Shown: piece by piece, positions 27,998 through 38,248 of the stretch
How the letters are laid out: each line of letters starts with the position of its first letter
Numbering within the stretch: the stretch's first letter is position 1
From: Fidelibacterota bacterium
GTDB lineage: Bacteria; Fidelibacterota; UBA8477; JABMPR01
Length of the DNA stretch: 64,000 nt
Assembly: GCA_018650795.1 (NCBI GenBank)
Contig: JABIFG010000272.1
Span: 10,512-74,511, forward strand
Reading direction: 5' to 3'
Program-made: the position numbers and the translations under genes
The notes under the pieces: generated by a model
The model's input: the letters and a program-made list of their open reading frames with translations, nothing else
Told to the model about the DNA's origin: nothing
Database searches by the model: none

Positions 27998-28590
27998 AAA
28001 TTCTTCCTGATAGTCTGGAGCGTATTACCGAACAGTTCTCACGGTTCCCCGGAATCGGCAAGAAAACTGCGCAGAGAATGGCATTCCAACTGATTGAGTG
28101 GAATACTGAGGATGTACAGCGCCTTGGTGATGTGATCATCCAGAGCAGTGAGAAATTGAGACAGTGTTCCATATGCAACTTGATTACAGAAGTTGATCCA
28201 TGCCCGGTGTGTCTGGATACTCGCAGGGATGAATCCATACTCTGTGTCGTTGAAGATTCCAAGGATGTCGTTGCTATTGAGGAAACAAGTCGCTTTAATG
28301 GGGAGTATCACATCCTGGGTGGTGTACTTTCACCCCTTGAAGGTGTGGGTCCGGATCAATTGAATATTCGGAATTTACTTACACGGCTGGACAATATCAC
28401 TGAAGTTGTCATTGCCATGAATCCCAGTGTTGAAGGGGAGACTACATCATTATATCTGGCGCGGCTGCTTCAGGAGAGAGATATTAAAGTCACCCGTCTT
28501 GCACGAGGAATCCCCAGTGGTGGTGATCTTGAGTATATTGACGGTATAACCTTAGGGAGAGCCCTGGACGACAGGCATGAATTAACATGA
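27994..28590 (+). CDS. recR: Recombination mediator RecR
   Basis: [11 protein letters not shown]4 zinc finger, CVVE, YHILGG, EGETT. Confidence 0.96.
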   Translation: MKILPDSLERITEQFSRFPGIGKKTAQRMAFQLIEWNTEDVQRLGDVIIQSSEKLRQCSICNLITEVDPCPVCLDTRRDESILCVVEDSKDVVAIEETSRFNGEYHILGGVLSPLEGVGPDQLNIRNLLTRLDNITEVVIAMNPSVEGETTSLYLARLLQERDIKVTRLARGIPSGGDLEYIDGITLGRALDDRHELT

Positions 28591-29180
28591 TACATAATTT
28601 ACCGAATATTCTGACCATAATTCGAATCGTCATCACACCTATGATTGTCTGGTTGCTGATTGGGTTTGATAGTTTGGCCTTACATGCCTTCGCTCTGTTT
28701 TTATTTGTCATTGCTTCACTCACGGATTTATTTGATGGAATATTGGCACGAAAATTAAAGGTGGTCAGCGAATTTGGTAAATTCATGGATCCTCTCGCAG
28801 ATAAAATTTTGGTCAATAGCACCTTTATTACCCTAAATATTTTAGGCGTGATCCCTATTTGGATTACAGCAGTCATAATTCTGAGAGATGGCCTGGTGAC
28901 CTTATTACGCTGGGGGATGTTAGCGAATGGCCTCTCAATGCACACCAACAACCTGGCAAAAGCCAAAACGATATTTCAATATATCTCCATGTATGTTGGC
29001 CTGATTTTTATTCTTCTCGGACATTTTGAATCATTCGATACAATTGTTGCCTGGGCGGAAGAGTGGTTTGTTACTGAAACCATCTTTACTCTAACAGGTC
29101 TGGTAACTGCCTATACCGGTTTTAATTATTTATGGATAAACCGTACTTTCCTGAAAAACCTCTTTACGGAAAGCGAATGA
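28587..29180 (+). CDS. pgsA: CDP-diacylglycerol--glycerol-3-phosphate 3-phosphatidyltransferase
   Basis: NLPNILT, TDLFDGILAR..GKFMDPLADK. Confidence 0.9.
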   Translation: MIHNLPNILTIIRIVITPMIVWLLIGFDSLALHAFALFLFVIASLTDLFDGILARKLKVVSEFGKFMDPLADKILVNSTFITLNILGVIPIWITAVIILRDGLVTLLRWGMLANGLSMHTNNLAKAKTIFQYISMYVGLIFILLGHFESFDTIVAWAEEWFVTETIFTLTGLVTAYTGFNYLWINRTFLKNLFTESE

Positions 29181-29632
29181 TTCAACTTTTACGTGGATTC
29201 ACATCAGTAGGATATGTGGGTCTAATACCGGGTGCTCCTGGTACTTATGGTTCTCTGGTAACCTTACCCATAGCCTATTTCTGGAGTACGCTGGTTACTG
29301 ACAACCCATTTATCACTTTTGGCCTTATAGCAATAATTACTTTGCTGGGTGTGTTTGCCTCCAATAAGGTATCCACATCACTTGGTGTTGAAGATCCCGG
29401 TGAGATTGTCATTGATGAGCTGGTGGGCCAATGGATTGCGGTGCTCGCCATCCCTGCCCATTGGGGCTTCTGGCTGGCTGCATTCATCCTTTTTAGAGTA
29501 TTTGATATTTGGAAACCATGGCTTATTGATAAATCCCAGGATTTACCAGGGGGCATCGGTGTTATGATGGATGATGTGCTGGCCGGATTATTGGCACTCA
29601 TCATTATCCAGGGGGCTGCTGCGCTGATATGA
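29177..29632 (+). CDS. pgpA: Phosphatidylglycerophosphatase A
   Basis: APGTYGS, DPGEIVIDE, FRVFDIWKP, GVMMDD. ATGA overlap with pgsA. Confidence 0.92.
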   Translation: MIQLLRGFTSVGYVGLIPGAPGTYGSLVTLPIAYFWSTLVTDNPFITFGLIAIITLLGVFASNKVSTSLGVEDPGEIVIDELVGQWIAVLAIPAHWGFWLAAFILFRVFDIWKPWLIDKSQDLPGGIGVMMDDVLAGLLALIIIQGAAALI

Positions 29633-30876
29633 AGAATATAACAGCCATCACAATTTCAATCGGTGATGAATTATTATCAGGCAGGACCCTGGATTCGAAT
29701 AATGCTTTTATCTCAAGGCAATTAGATCTCATAGGGATTTCGGTCGTCAAGAAAATGATCATCGGTGATATCGCTCAGGATATTAAAGATTCACTCGACT
29801 GGGCTTTTTCTCAAGCAGATGTGGTTACATTGACAGGTGGACTTGGTCCAACGCACGACGATATAACCAAATCTGTTCTATGCGAATATTTTGATGTTAG
29901 GCTGAAACTGTATCCCGAGTTGCTGGAAGCACTCAAGGATCGTTTTGCAAAACGAGGCTTCCAATTTTCAGAATCAAATACTTCTCAGGCAGAATATCCA
30001 GAAAATGCGGCACTACTTGAGAATCCTTTTGGAACTGCCCAGGGCATGCATATACAGCATGAGGGCAAGCACCTATTTGTTATGGCCGGGGTTCCCAGAG
30101 AGATGCAGATAGTTACCACAGATCAAATCATTCCGCTTCTCTCAAAAATAGCGCACAAATCCATCTCCATAATTGACATCCATTCAATCGGTGTTCCAGA
30201 ATCCACTCTCTATGAATTGACTAAACCAGTATTGGATGAATATCCCGATCTTAAAATAGCATACTTACCAAAACAGGGTATGGTCACCATACGAGTTTCT
30301 TTTCCATCAAGCTCTCCTGATGAAGAGCAGAAATTTACCACAGAGCTCTATGGTAAAATTCATGACCTAAAACCCAAAAACATTTATGGTCGAGATGAAG
30401 AGGTGCTTCCAGTTCTTATTGGCAAGCTTCTGAAGGCGAAACAGGCCACAGTTGCCACAGCTGAATCATGTACAGGTGGGTTAGTTGCCAGTCTTATCAC
30501 AGATATAAGTGGAAGCAGTGAATATTTTCAAACTGGCTTCGTGACCTATGCAAATGAGACAAAGATGTCCTTACTGGGTGTTGCTGAGCAGATATTGGTT
30601 GACTATGGTGCCGTGAGTGAAGAAACCGTTGCTGAAATGCTAAATGGGACTTTGCAGAAAAGTGGCGCAGACTATGCTATTGCGATCTCTGGAGTAGCTG
30701 GACCTACAGGTGGAAGTGAAGAAAAACCAGTTGGAACCGTATATATTGGTGTGGCAAATAACGCTCATCAGAATATAAAAAGATTCCAATTTGGGAAGAA
30801 CCGTATCTTGAATAAAGAAATGAGTGCCTTCTCAGCACTAAATCTTCTCCGGTTACTCATCGAGAAGGATGTTTAA
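29629..30876 (+). CDS. cinA: CinA (MoCF-like domain + PncC NMN deamidase)
   Basis: GDELLSG, GGLGPTHDD, AESCTGG, GAVSEE, SGVAGP. Confidence 0.94.
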   Translation: MKNITAITISIGDELLSGRTLDSNNAFISRQLDLIGISVVKKMIIGDIAQDIKDSLDWAFSQADVVTLTGGLGPTHDDITKSVLCEYFDVRLKLYPELLEALKDRFAKRGFQFSESNTSQAEYPENAALLENPFGTAQGMHIQHEGKHLFVMAGVPREMQIVTTDQIIPLLSKIAHKSISIIDIHSIGVPESTLYELTKPVLDEYPDLKIAYLPKQGMVTIRVSFPSSSPDEEQKFTTELYGKIHDLKPKNIYGRDEEVLPVLIGKLLKAKQATVATAESCTGGLVASLITDISGSSEYFQTGFVTYANETKMSLLGVAEQILVDYGAVSEETVAEMLNGTLQKSGADYAIAISGVAGPTGGSEEKPVGTVYIGVANNAHQNIKRFQFGKNRILNKEMSAFSALNLLRLLIEKDV

Positions 30877-31451
30877 TGAGCGAAATAAGAACTTTTTTAG
30901 CTTTCCCGATTCCTAAGGAAATCAAAGGCTATTTTAAAAACATGCTCGAACCTATCATCGATAGGCAGGATAAAATTAATTGGGTTAAACGTGAGAATAT
31001 TCATATCACGCTTAATTATTTAGGTGAGATGGACTCTGAGAATGTTGAAGAACATGCCAGTCATATCGAATCGGTGATAAATTCTTTTCCTCCGTTTAAA
31101 CTGGGGACGACCGATACAGGTATATATCCTCATGCCAATGAACCAAGAGTCCTCTGGGTAGGTTCAGCACCATACGATCTCACGCTGAGTGCATTTAAGC
31201 AAAAACTGGATAAAGAATTAACTCTTTTAGGATATAGACTTGATAAACGACAATTTCAACCTCATATTACGCTCGCTCGCGTCAAAACAATCTCACGCAA
31301 AAGTTCGTTTATCCACAAATTTCTGACTACAGAAGTGCGTGAATTTAATTTTGAAGTCGATACAGTGTTGTGGATGAAGAGTACATTGACACCGACGGGT
31401 GCAGAGTATGAAGAATTGAAATCTTTTAAATTTAATAGTGGAGGTCAGTGA
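30876..31451 (+). CDS. thpR: RNA 2',3'-cyclic phosphodiesterase (2H family)
   Basis: Two HITL motifs, RTFLA, RVLWVG. Confidence 0.9.
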   Translation: MSEIRTFLAFPIPKEIKGYFKNMLEPIIDRQDKINWVKRENIHITLNYLGEMDSENVEEHASHIESVINSFPPFKLGTTDTGIYPHANEPRVLWVGSAPYDLTLSAFKQKLDKELTLLGYRLDKRQFQPHITLARVKTISRKSSFIHKFLTTEVREFNFEVDTVLWMKSTLTPTGAEYEELKSFKFNSGGQ

Positions 31452-32482
31452 TGAGTGCTGCTCAAGGAAAATCAAAAGACAAAGATAAAGCCATAGAATT
31501 AGCCGTCTCCCAGATTGAACGACAATTTGGTGCGGGGGCAGTAATGAGACTTGGTGAAGATCAGATGAATCTGCAAGTTGAAGCCATCTCCACCGGTGCG
31601 CTTTCACTAGATGCGGCACTGGGAGTTGGTGGTGTACCTCGTGGAAGAATCATTGAGATCTACGGACCAGAATCGTCTGGAAAAACCACGCTGGCACTCC
31701 ATATCGTAGCCAGTGCCCAGAAAACCGGGGGCTATGCTGCTTTTGTTGATGCTGAGCATGCACTTGATCCCAAATATGCCGGTCAACTCGGCGTTGATGT
31801 CAAGAATCTACTCATCTCACAACCTGATTCAGGTGAGCAGGCTCTGGAAATCACAGAAACATTAGTTCGGAGTAATGCATTAGATGTCATCGTTATTGAT
31901 TCCGTAGCTGCACTAGTTCCACGCGCAGAACTGGAAGGGGAAATGGGAGACAGCCACATGGGCCTGCATGCTCGTCTTATGTCTCAGGCACTCAGGAAAT
32001 TGACAGGGGCAGTCTCAAAGTCGAACACCTCGGTTATCTTTATCAATCAGATCCGTGAGAAAATTGGTGTTATGTTTGGAAGTCCAGAGACCACTACAGG
32101 TGGAAGAGCGCTAAAATTTTACGCTTCAGTTAGAATGGATATTCGGCGAATAGGTTCCTTGAAAGATGGTCAGGACAATATCGGTAATCGTGTTCGTGTG
32201 AAAGTGGTTAAAAATAAGATGGCACCACCTTTCCGTGAAACTGAACTGGACATTATGTTTGGTCAGGGTTTCTCTTTTGAAGGTGATATTCTGGATCTGG
32301 CTTTGCAGGCAAATTTGGTACAGAAAAGTGGATCATGGTTTAGTTACGGTGAAGATCGTCTGGGCCAGGGTAAAGAAAATGTCAAAAACTTCTTTATTGA
32401 TAATCCAGATCTAATGGCAAAACTCGTTGGTGAAGTCCGCTTGTTTATGGGAATGGACGCTGCTGAAGAAAAATCTGAATAA
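31448..32482 (+). CDS. recA: Recombinase RecA
   Basis: [28 protein letters not shown]. Confidence 0.99.
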   Translation: MMSAAQGKSKDKDKAIELAVSQIERQFGAGAVMRLGEDQMNLQVEAISTGALSLDAALGVGGVPRGRIIEIYGPESSGKTTLALHIVASAQKTGGYAAFVDAEHALDPKYAGQLGVDVKNLLISQPDSGEQALEITETLVRSNALDVIVIDSVAALVPRAELEGEMGDSHMGLHARLMSQALRKLTGAVSKSNTSVIFINQIREKIGVMFGSPETTTGGRALKFYASVRMDIRRIGSLKDGQDNIGNRVRVKVVKNKMAPPFRETELDIMFGQGFSFEGDILDLALQANLVQKSGSWFSYGEDRLGQGKENVKNFFIDNPDLMAKLVGEVRLFMGMDAAEEKSE

Positions 32483-32501
32483 TCAGATGTAGATATTCAA
32501 T

Positions 32502-32536
32502 AATTGGGCTTCCATCTCAGCATGGGAGCCCAATTT
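32502..32536 (+). terminator. Hairpin after recA, probable terminator
   Basis: AATTGGGCTTCCAT-CTCAGC-ATGGGAGCCCAATTT; T tract is short. Confidence 0.65.
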
Positions 32537-32540
32537 GTAT

Positions 32541-33020
32541 ATAACCGCCAAGTTCGCTGAGATCGCAAAGAAAATTTATTATGCCTGAGTTATCCGAGAA
32601 TGAACTTTCTGAAAAGATCATTGGTGCTGCGATTGAAGTGCATAAAGAACTAGGTCCAGGTTTACTTGAATCAGCGTACGAAGCTGCACTTTTCTTTGAA
32701 CTGAACTCGATGGATTTAATGGTACAGAAGCAGGTGCCTGTGGAAACAATCTATAAAGGACACCGCTTATAAGTAGGCTTCCGGTTGGACTTAATAGTAG
32801 AGGACAAAGTGATCATTGAGTTGAAGGCAGTAGAAAAAATATCAAACGTTCATTTAGCTCAAACACTCACATATTTGAAGATTTGCAATAAGAAGTTAGG
32901 TTTGTTATTGAATTTTGATGTAAAGTATTTAAAATCAGGAATCAAAAGGGTTGTCAATAACCTATAAATATGGGTATTGAAATAGAAAGGCTCCGCGCTC
33001 TTTGCGTTTTTCGCGGTTAA
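32541..33020 (+). mobile_element. Putative GxxExxY mini-element with inverted triple-9-mer ends and 5-bp flanking direct repeat
   Basis: Left end TAAC-CGCCAAG-TT-CGCTGAG-AT-CGCAAAG. Right end (reverse complement) TAAC-CGCGAAA-AA-CGCAAAG-AG-CGCGGAG. TGTAT at 32536-32540 and 33021-33025. Mobility is inferred. Confidence 0.55.
32581..32967 (+). pseudogene. GxxExxY protein (PD-(D/E)XK nuclease superfamily) with in-frame TAA
   Basis: EVHKELGPGLLESAY...YKGHRL*VGFRLDLIVEDKVIIELK..AQTLTYL..GLLLNF. Stop at 32770-32772; both halves are in the same frame. Confidence 0.88.
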
Positions 33021-33043
33021 TGTATTACACATAGGTAAATAGT

Positions 33044-33685
33044 TTGTCCAAGATTACTAAAATCACCCAACAGAAGAAGCTTCGAGAGAGGTTCAATCTT
33101 TTCATCGATGGAAAATTTGAGCTTGGTGTAGATGGTTCACTCATTGTCAAGTATGACATCAAAGTGGGTGATGAGTATACCGATGAACTTAAACTCGATT
33201 TGGTGAATGATGATCGAGTTGAGATGGCCTATACAGGTCTACTTAATTTTATCGGCTATCGGGAGAGGTGTGAGTATGAGGTTAAACAGTGGCTCTACAA
33301 AAAGAAATATCACGATCTGTCGGATGAATTAATAACCAGGCTCAAAAACCAAAACTACTTGAATGATGAGAGATTTGCACAGCTCTTTATAAGGGATCGT
33401 GTGAAGATTAAAGGTTTTGGTCCCATAAGACTTAGACACGAGTTAAATGCAAAACGAATATCCAAACAGATTATTGAATCTGAAATTGAAGCCATCCGCG
33501 AAGAATATGATTTTAACCAGTTGGCTTTTGATCTGGCTGAACGAAAATTAAAGCATATTGAACAACCCACCTATAAAGATAAAAAACGTTTGTGGAGTTT
33601 ACTCCAACGCCGTGGATTTGAGGGATCATCGATCTCTTCAGCCCTGCACGGCTATTCCTTTGTCAGTGATGATGATCCATCCTGA
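33044..33685 (+). CDS. recX: Regulatory protein RecX
   Basis: YLNDERFA, GPIRLRHEL, LQRRGF; downstream of recA. Confidence 0.88.
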   Translation: MSKITKITQQKKLRERFNLFIDGKFELGVDGSLIVKYDIKVGDEYTDELKLDLVNDDRVEMAYTGLLNFIGYRERCEYEVKQWLYKKKYHDLSDELITRLKNQNYLNDERFAQLFIRDRVKIKGFGPIRLRHELNAKRISKQIIESEIEAIREEYDFNQLAFDLAERKLKHIEQPTYKDKKRLWSLLQRRGFEGSSISSALHGYSFVSDDDPS

Positions 33686-33783
33686 TCTTCTGACCACTAT
33701 TTAATATTACCATTTGGTGAATTGCCCTTCACCTCCTATGTTTGGCCAACCCCAAACATGTAGGAAATATGTACAAAAGTATC

Positions 33784-36135
33784 ATGAACTTTGTGATGCC
33801 GCGTCCAATGATATTGGTATCACTTCTATTTATTCTTGGAATAATAATTCAATCAAAGCTCAGTTTACATATAGGATTGCTTGGTTTATTGACGAGTATT
33901 CTATTTGTCCTGGCCCTACTGCGACAACATTCAGAAATATTCCTCCTCATACTCATCATGTCAGGGTGTCTTAGAGTAGCACTCGATGAGATGATCCCTC
34001 TGACACATCTTTCAATATTTACCGCTAGAGCTGATTCTGTCTATGAAGTGAGAGCAGTTGTTCAAGATATTGGTGAAACCCGTAGAGGTAATCCAAAATA
34101 TTTCCTACGACCTGACAGAATCAACTCTCAGCTCATTTCAGGAGGATCACTGATTCTCTACTCAAAGGATATTAAGTGGGAGGTGAGTCTAGGTGATACC
34201 CTGACTGGAAAGATGCTTCTGAACAAGCCCAGGGCTAAACGAAATCCCCATGAATTCGATTATCGTGCATATTTAAAAGGTAGGGATATTTATTATGAAG
34301 CATTTTTGGAAAATCCCGAGGATGTAATCATTTACCCAAGAGGTGTCAGCTCTATCTCACTTTTAATGCGAGATTTGAAATCACTGATCACCCATCATTT
34401 TAATAAATATTTAACACCAAGGTCCGCTGGAATATTATCCGCCTTAATCCTCGGAGAGAAAAGCGATATTGAAGAATCCACTCGAAATGATTTTGCTAAT
34501 ACAGGTGTGATTCATGTATTGGCAGTGAGTGGGCTGCACGTGGGCTATGTCTCGATCATCCTGGTGACCATCTTTGGTCTACTACGTTTGCCGTATCATA
34601 TGAAAATGGTCAGTGTGATAACGGGGTTGCTATTCTATGTTGGGCTTACTGGGGCTGCTCCGTCGGTTATGCGCGCCTCAATCATGGCTTCACTGATGAT
34701 TGTAGCTGGTCTCCTTGAGAGAAAGTCAGATATCCTCAACCTTCTAGCGGCTGCTGCGTTCATCATACTAGCAATTTCTCCAACACAGCTTGATAACATT
34801 GGATTCCAACTCTCGTTTCTAGCTGTTCTAAGTATTGTAACACTTTTTCCAGTGTTCAAGGAGTGGGTGAGTGGGGTTTCAATTTCAGAATCAAGTACTA
34901 TTGGTAAAATATTCCTTCCAATCCTTGATCTCTTCCTTGTTTCTCTGGCTGCCCAGTTGGGAACATTGGCAATCACTATCTTTTACTTCAATAAAATTCC
35001 GATTGTAAGTCTCATTGCAAATCTGGTTGTGGTTCCACTGATTGGTATCATCGTGGCCACGGGAATGAGCTTTCTTATCTTGGGCTCCCTCTTTCCATTC
35101 CTGGCCGAAATGTGGGCTGCCACTTTAGAAGGTGTCATTGACTTCATGCTCTGGTTCGTTCAGCTATGCGCTCAGTTCGATTGGGCATACATGACAACTC
35201 GCTCAATTCAGCATTATGAGTTAGTACTTCTCATCTTCGGAGTCTTCTCAATGACCTTTTTGAAGATTCGAGCTGTGAGCAAATTATGGATAATACTATT
35301 ATTGCTCTGGTTAGGTATTCAAACCTGGCAGGTCCTCCTAATCCCTCCGCGACTCGAAATTATCATTTTGGATGTGGGACAAGGAGATGCAATACTCGTT
35401 CATGCTCCTAATGGAAATACCATACTCATCGATGCTGGTCAAAGATTCGGGGGTAAAGATATGGGGAAGGATGTTATTCAACCTTATCTAAAGTACCGCA
35501 ATTGGACAAAACTAGATATCCTTGTGTTAACACACCCCCACAATGATCATATCGGAGGAGCCCAGTATCTGGTTGAAAATGTTCCGGTGGGGAAGGTGCT
35601 CATGCCAGACATTGAATATGATTCCTTCGGTTACAAAATGTTATGTGAAAGTATTAGCACTTACAATATCCCGACCCAAACGGTTTTTGCAGGCTATATC
35701 GATTCAACTTTGAAACCAATATACTTCAGAGTGATGGGACCACAGTGGTATGAGCATGCATCCCAACCTTCAAACATCAATAACACCTCAATCGTTATGC
35801 AACTCTTCTATGGAGAAACCAGTATCATGCTCGCTGGTGATGGGGAAGAAATAATCGAACACAACCAACTTCCGCTAGGCATATTGTTGAAAAGTGATTT
35901 GATCAAAGCACCACATCATGGATCAAAAACGAGTTCCGGACAAGCATACATCGACCTGGTGCATCCTGAAATCTGCTTAATGAGTCTAGGCGTGAAGAAC
36001 AAATTCAGACATCCCTCTCAAATCACTCTCGATAAGTATATAAAACTTGGTTCAGAAATTCACAGAACAGATCTGGAAGGTGCTATTATCTATACCAGTG
36101 ATGGCCAGCAGTGGACGCGCCATGATTGGAAATGA
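33784..36135 (+). CDS. comEC: ComEC/Rec2 DNA uptake channel (start uncertain, 33742-33796)
   Basis: NPHEFDY, HVLAVSGLHVG, GFQLSF, LDVGQGD, THPHNDHIGG, PHHGSKTS. Confidence 0.95.
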   Translation: MNFVMPRPMILVSLLFILGIIIQSKLSLHIGLLGLLTSILFVLALLRQHSEIFLLILIMSGCLRVALDEMIPLTHLSIFTARADSVYEVRAVVQDIGETRRGNPKYFLRPDRINSQLISGGSLILYSKDIKWEVSLGDTLTGKMLLNKPRAKRNPHEFDYRAYLKGRDIYYEAFLENPEDVIIYPRGVSSISLLMRDLKSLITHHFNKYLTPRSAGILSALILGEKSDIEESTRNDFANTGVIHVLAVSGLHVGYVSIILVTIFGLLRLPYHMKMVSVITGLLFYVGLTGAAPSVMRASIMASLMIVAGLLERKSDILNLLAAAAFIILAISPTQLDNIGFQLSFLAVLSIVTLFPVFKEWVSGVSISESSTIGKIFLPILDLFLVSLAAQLGTLAITIFYFNKIPIVSLIANLVVVPLIGIIVATGMSFLILGSLFPFLAEMWAATLEGVIDFMLWFVQLCAQFDWAYMTTRSIQHYELVLLIFGVFSMTFLKIRAVSKLWIILLLLWLGIQTWQVLLIPPRLEIIILDVGQGDAILVHAPNGNTILIDAGQRFGGKDMGKDVIQPYLKYRNWTKLDILVLTHPHNDHIGGAQYLVENVPVGKVLMPDIEYDSFGYKMLCESISTYNIPTQTVFAGYIDSTLKPIYFRVMGPQWYEHASQPSNINNTSIVMQLFYGETSIMLAGDGEEIIEHNQLPLGILLKSDLIKAPHHGSKTSSGQAYIDLVHPEICLMSLGVKNKFRHPSQITLDKYIKLGSEIHRTDLEGAIIYTSDGQQWTRHDWK

Positions 36136-36154
36136 TTACCTGAATGTTGCTGTC

Positions 36155-36193
36155 CTCGAAATGTCCAGTAGCCTGCTCTCGAAATGTTCAGTA
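36155..36193. repeat. Tandem 16-bp direct repeat, period 23
   Basis: CTCGAAATGTCCAGTA (36155-36170) and CTCGAAATGTTCAGTA (36178-36193). Confidence 0.6.
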
Positions 36194-36304
36194 CACAGAG
36201 AAAACTGCAGGCATCAAGGTTTACCACAATCACACTATTTTTGGTTTCTATAAGACAGCCAAAAGGTCATATTATTGGCAAATAACAATACCAGGAGAAA
36301 ATGA

Positions 36305-37621
36305 ATGTCCTCACCAATTCTCATTAAAAATGCCAGATGTGTCTCTTCTCGGGGAATAACCCAGCAAGACGTACTCCTGGACAATGGTAAAATTGCGGAG
36401 CTTGGACAAATAGAAGAGAAACGTGCTGGTCAGATCATCGATGCCAGTAATTTATTCCTCTTACCTGGGGTACTCGATCCCCAGGTTCATTTTCGCGATC
36501 CCGGACTCACCTGGAAAGAAGATTTGAGGACGGGCTCTATGGCAGCTGCTTCTGGAGGAGTAACCAGTTTCTTTGACATGCCCAACACCAAGCCATCCAC
36601 AATCACAATTGAAGCGATGGCAGAACGGAAACAGCATGCTTCAGAGAAGTGTGTGGTGAACTACAATTTTTTTATTGGGGCAACCAATACCAATCTTGAT
36701 GTCCTTAATGGTGTCAAGAATGTTCCAGGAATCAAAATATTTATGGGCTCATCCACGGGAGATTTACTGGTCAGTGATACAAAAGATCTGGAAAACATAT
36801 TTGGAAATGGTTCTCGCCTCATCGCCGTCCATGCTGAAGATGATGATATCATCAACGCTGCTAAGGAAATTTATAAGAATTCAACAGATTTTAACCATCA
36901 CCAATTTGTACGACCTCCAGATGCAGCTCTCAAGGCTACGACTCTGGCAGTTGAACTGTCAATTAAGTATCAGCGTCGTCTGCATATTTTGCATACGACC
37001 ACCCTGGATGAGGTCAGGTATCTTGAAATTCAAAAATCAAAAGCGCCCATCTCTGCAGAAGTATGCCCCCAACATTTTCTTTTGAGTGCACCATATATAT
37101 ATAAGAAAATTGGTGCCTATGCCCAAATGAACCCACCCATCAGGAATATAGAACATGGTGAAGCGCTCTGGGATGGTCTGGTAAATGGGGTGATAGACTG
37201 TATTGCCACAGACCATGCGCCTCATACCCATGAAGAGAAAGCCAAACCTTTTGGTGAAGCTCCTGCTGGTATGCCCGGAGTTGAAACATCATTACCGATG
37301 TTACTCGATCGAGCAAATCGTGGATTATGTAGCATAGAAGATGTTGTGAAATGGATGTGTGAGAAACCTGTAGAGCTATATAGAGTTAAAAATAAGGGTC
37401 ACATCAAAACAGGATATGACGCTGATCTGGTTTTGGTGGATATGGGCAAAAAGAAATCGATTGAGAACGGAAAACTCTGGACCAAGGTCAACTGGAGTCC
37501 GTATGATGGTTGGACCACACAGGGATGGCCAGTAACAACTATTGTAAACGGAAATATCGTGTTTCAGGATGGCGAAATTGATGAACGCATCAAAGGCCGG
37601 GAAGTATTGATAGACGCTTAG
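36305..37621 (+). CDS. pyrC: Dihydroorotase / cyclic amidohydrolase
   Basis: DPQVHFRDPG, DMPNTKP, KIFMGSSTG, VHAE, MNPPIR, ATDHAPH. Confidence 0.82.
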   Translation: MSSPILIKNARCVSSRGITQQDVLLDNGKIAELGQIEEKRAGQIIDASNLFLLPGVLDPQVHFRDPGLTWKEDLRTGSMAAASGGVTSFFDMPNTKPSTITIEAMAERKQHASEKCVVNYNFFIGATNTNLDVLNGVKNVPGIKIFMGSSTGDLLVSDTKDLENIFGNGSRLIAVHAEDDDIINAAKEIYKNSTDFNHHQFVRPPDAALKATTLAVELSIKYQRRLHILHTTTLDEVRYLEIQKSKAPISAEVCPQHFLLSAPYIYKKIGAYAQMNPPIRNIEHGEALWDGLVNGVIDCIATDHAPHTHEEKAKPFGEAPAGMPGVETSLPMLLDRANRGLCSIEDVVKWMCEKPVELYRVKNKGHIKTGYDADLVLVDMGKKKSIENGKLWTKVNWSPYDGWTTQGWPVTTIVNGNIVFQDGEIDERIKGREVLIDA

Positions 37622-38240
37622 TTCTCGCTGATATGATCCTGTAGAAATGTGTAGGCAGCCCTGGCAATGAGGGTATGCCCCTCATGAAAAGGATGTATTT
37701 GGTCATCAGCCCATTCTTTAGCAGGTTTCGTTTCCACTGCAGAATTAAACACTGATTGAATGTCAAGAACAGGAATGGCATGCTTAATTCCCAACTTCTT
37801 GACAACTTCACAATATTCTTCCATTTTCAAGTAAAAAGCTTCGGTACTTGAATCCGATATGAGGTAGGGCGTAAATAAGAAAAATTGGGCTTGAGGTAAG
37901 CCAGCCTGTAAATCATTGATGAGTTTATCAAGACCAATTTCGTAATTCTGAACTTGTCCACTATCACTATCACGAAGAAATCATTGTAGGCATCATTAAT
38001 TCCGATCATAATTGCGACTGCATCTGGATGGTGATCAAGGACATCTGTATTGAATCGTCCGAGCAAATCTCCAACGGTATGTCCGCTAACTCCAGAATTG
38101 ACAAACTGGACATCTTTTAAATCAGTATTGGCCGAAAACAGATCCTTTAATATTGAAACATAACCAACACCCAGAGGCACTTTTGGGCTTCGGTTTGCAG
38201 CCGTGATGCTATCACCAAAGAAAACAATATTTGAGATCAT
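37618..38240 (-). pseudogene. SGNH/GDSL hydrolase, frameshifted
   Basis: FFGDSIT, NSGVSG and IGIND lie in one frame. A 1-nt shift near 37977 continues LRDSDSGQ...FTPY...WADDQIHP (DxxH) to the stop at 37618. Confidence 0.8.
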
Positions 38241-38248
38241 CTCAGCAC

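Noticed and set aside
32770..32772. Stop-codon reassignment or programmed read-through of TAA
   Set aside because: TAA terminates many intact genes in the window (e.g. recA, gcvPB, ftsH) and no other gene needs read-through.
36144..36359. 71-aa ORF between comEC and dihydroorotase
   Set aside because: No SD, overlaps the next gene, no recognisable motif.
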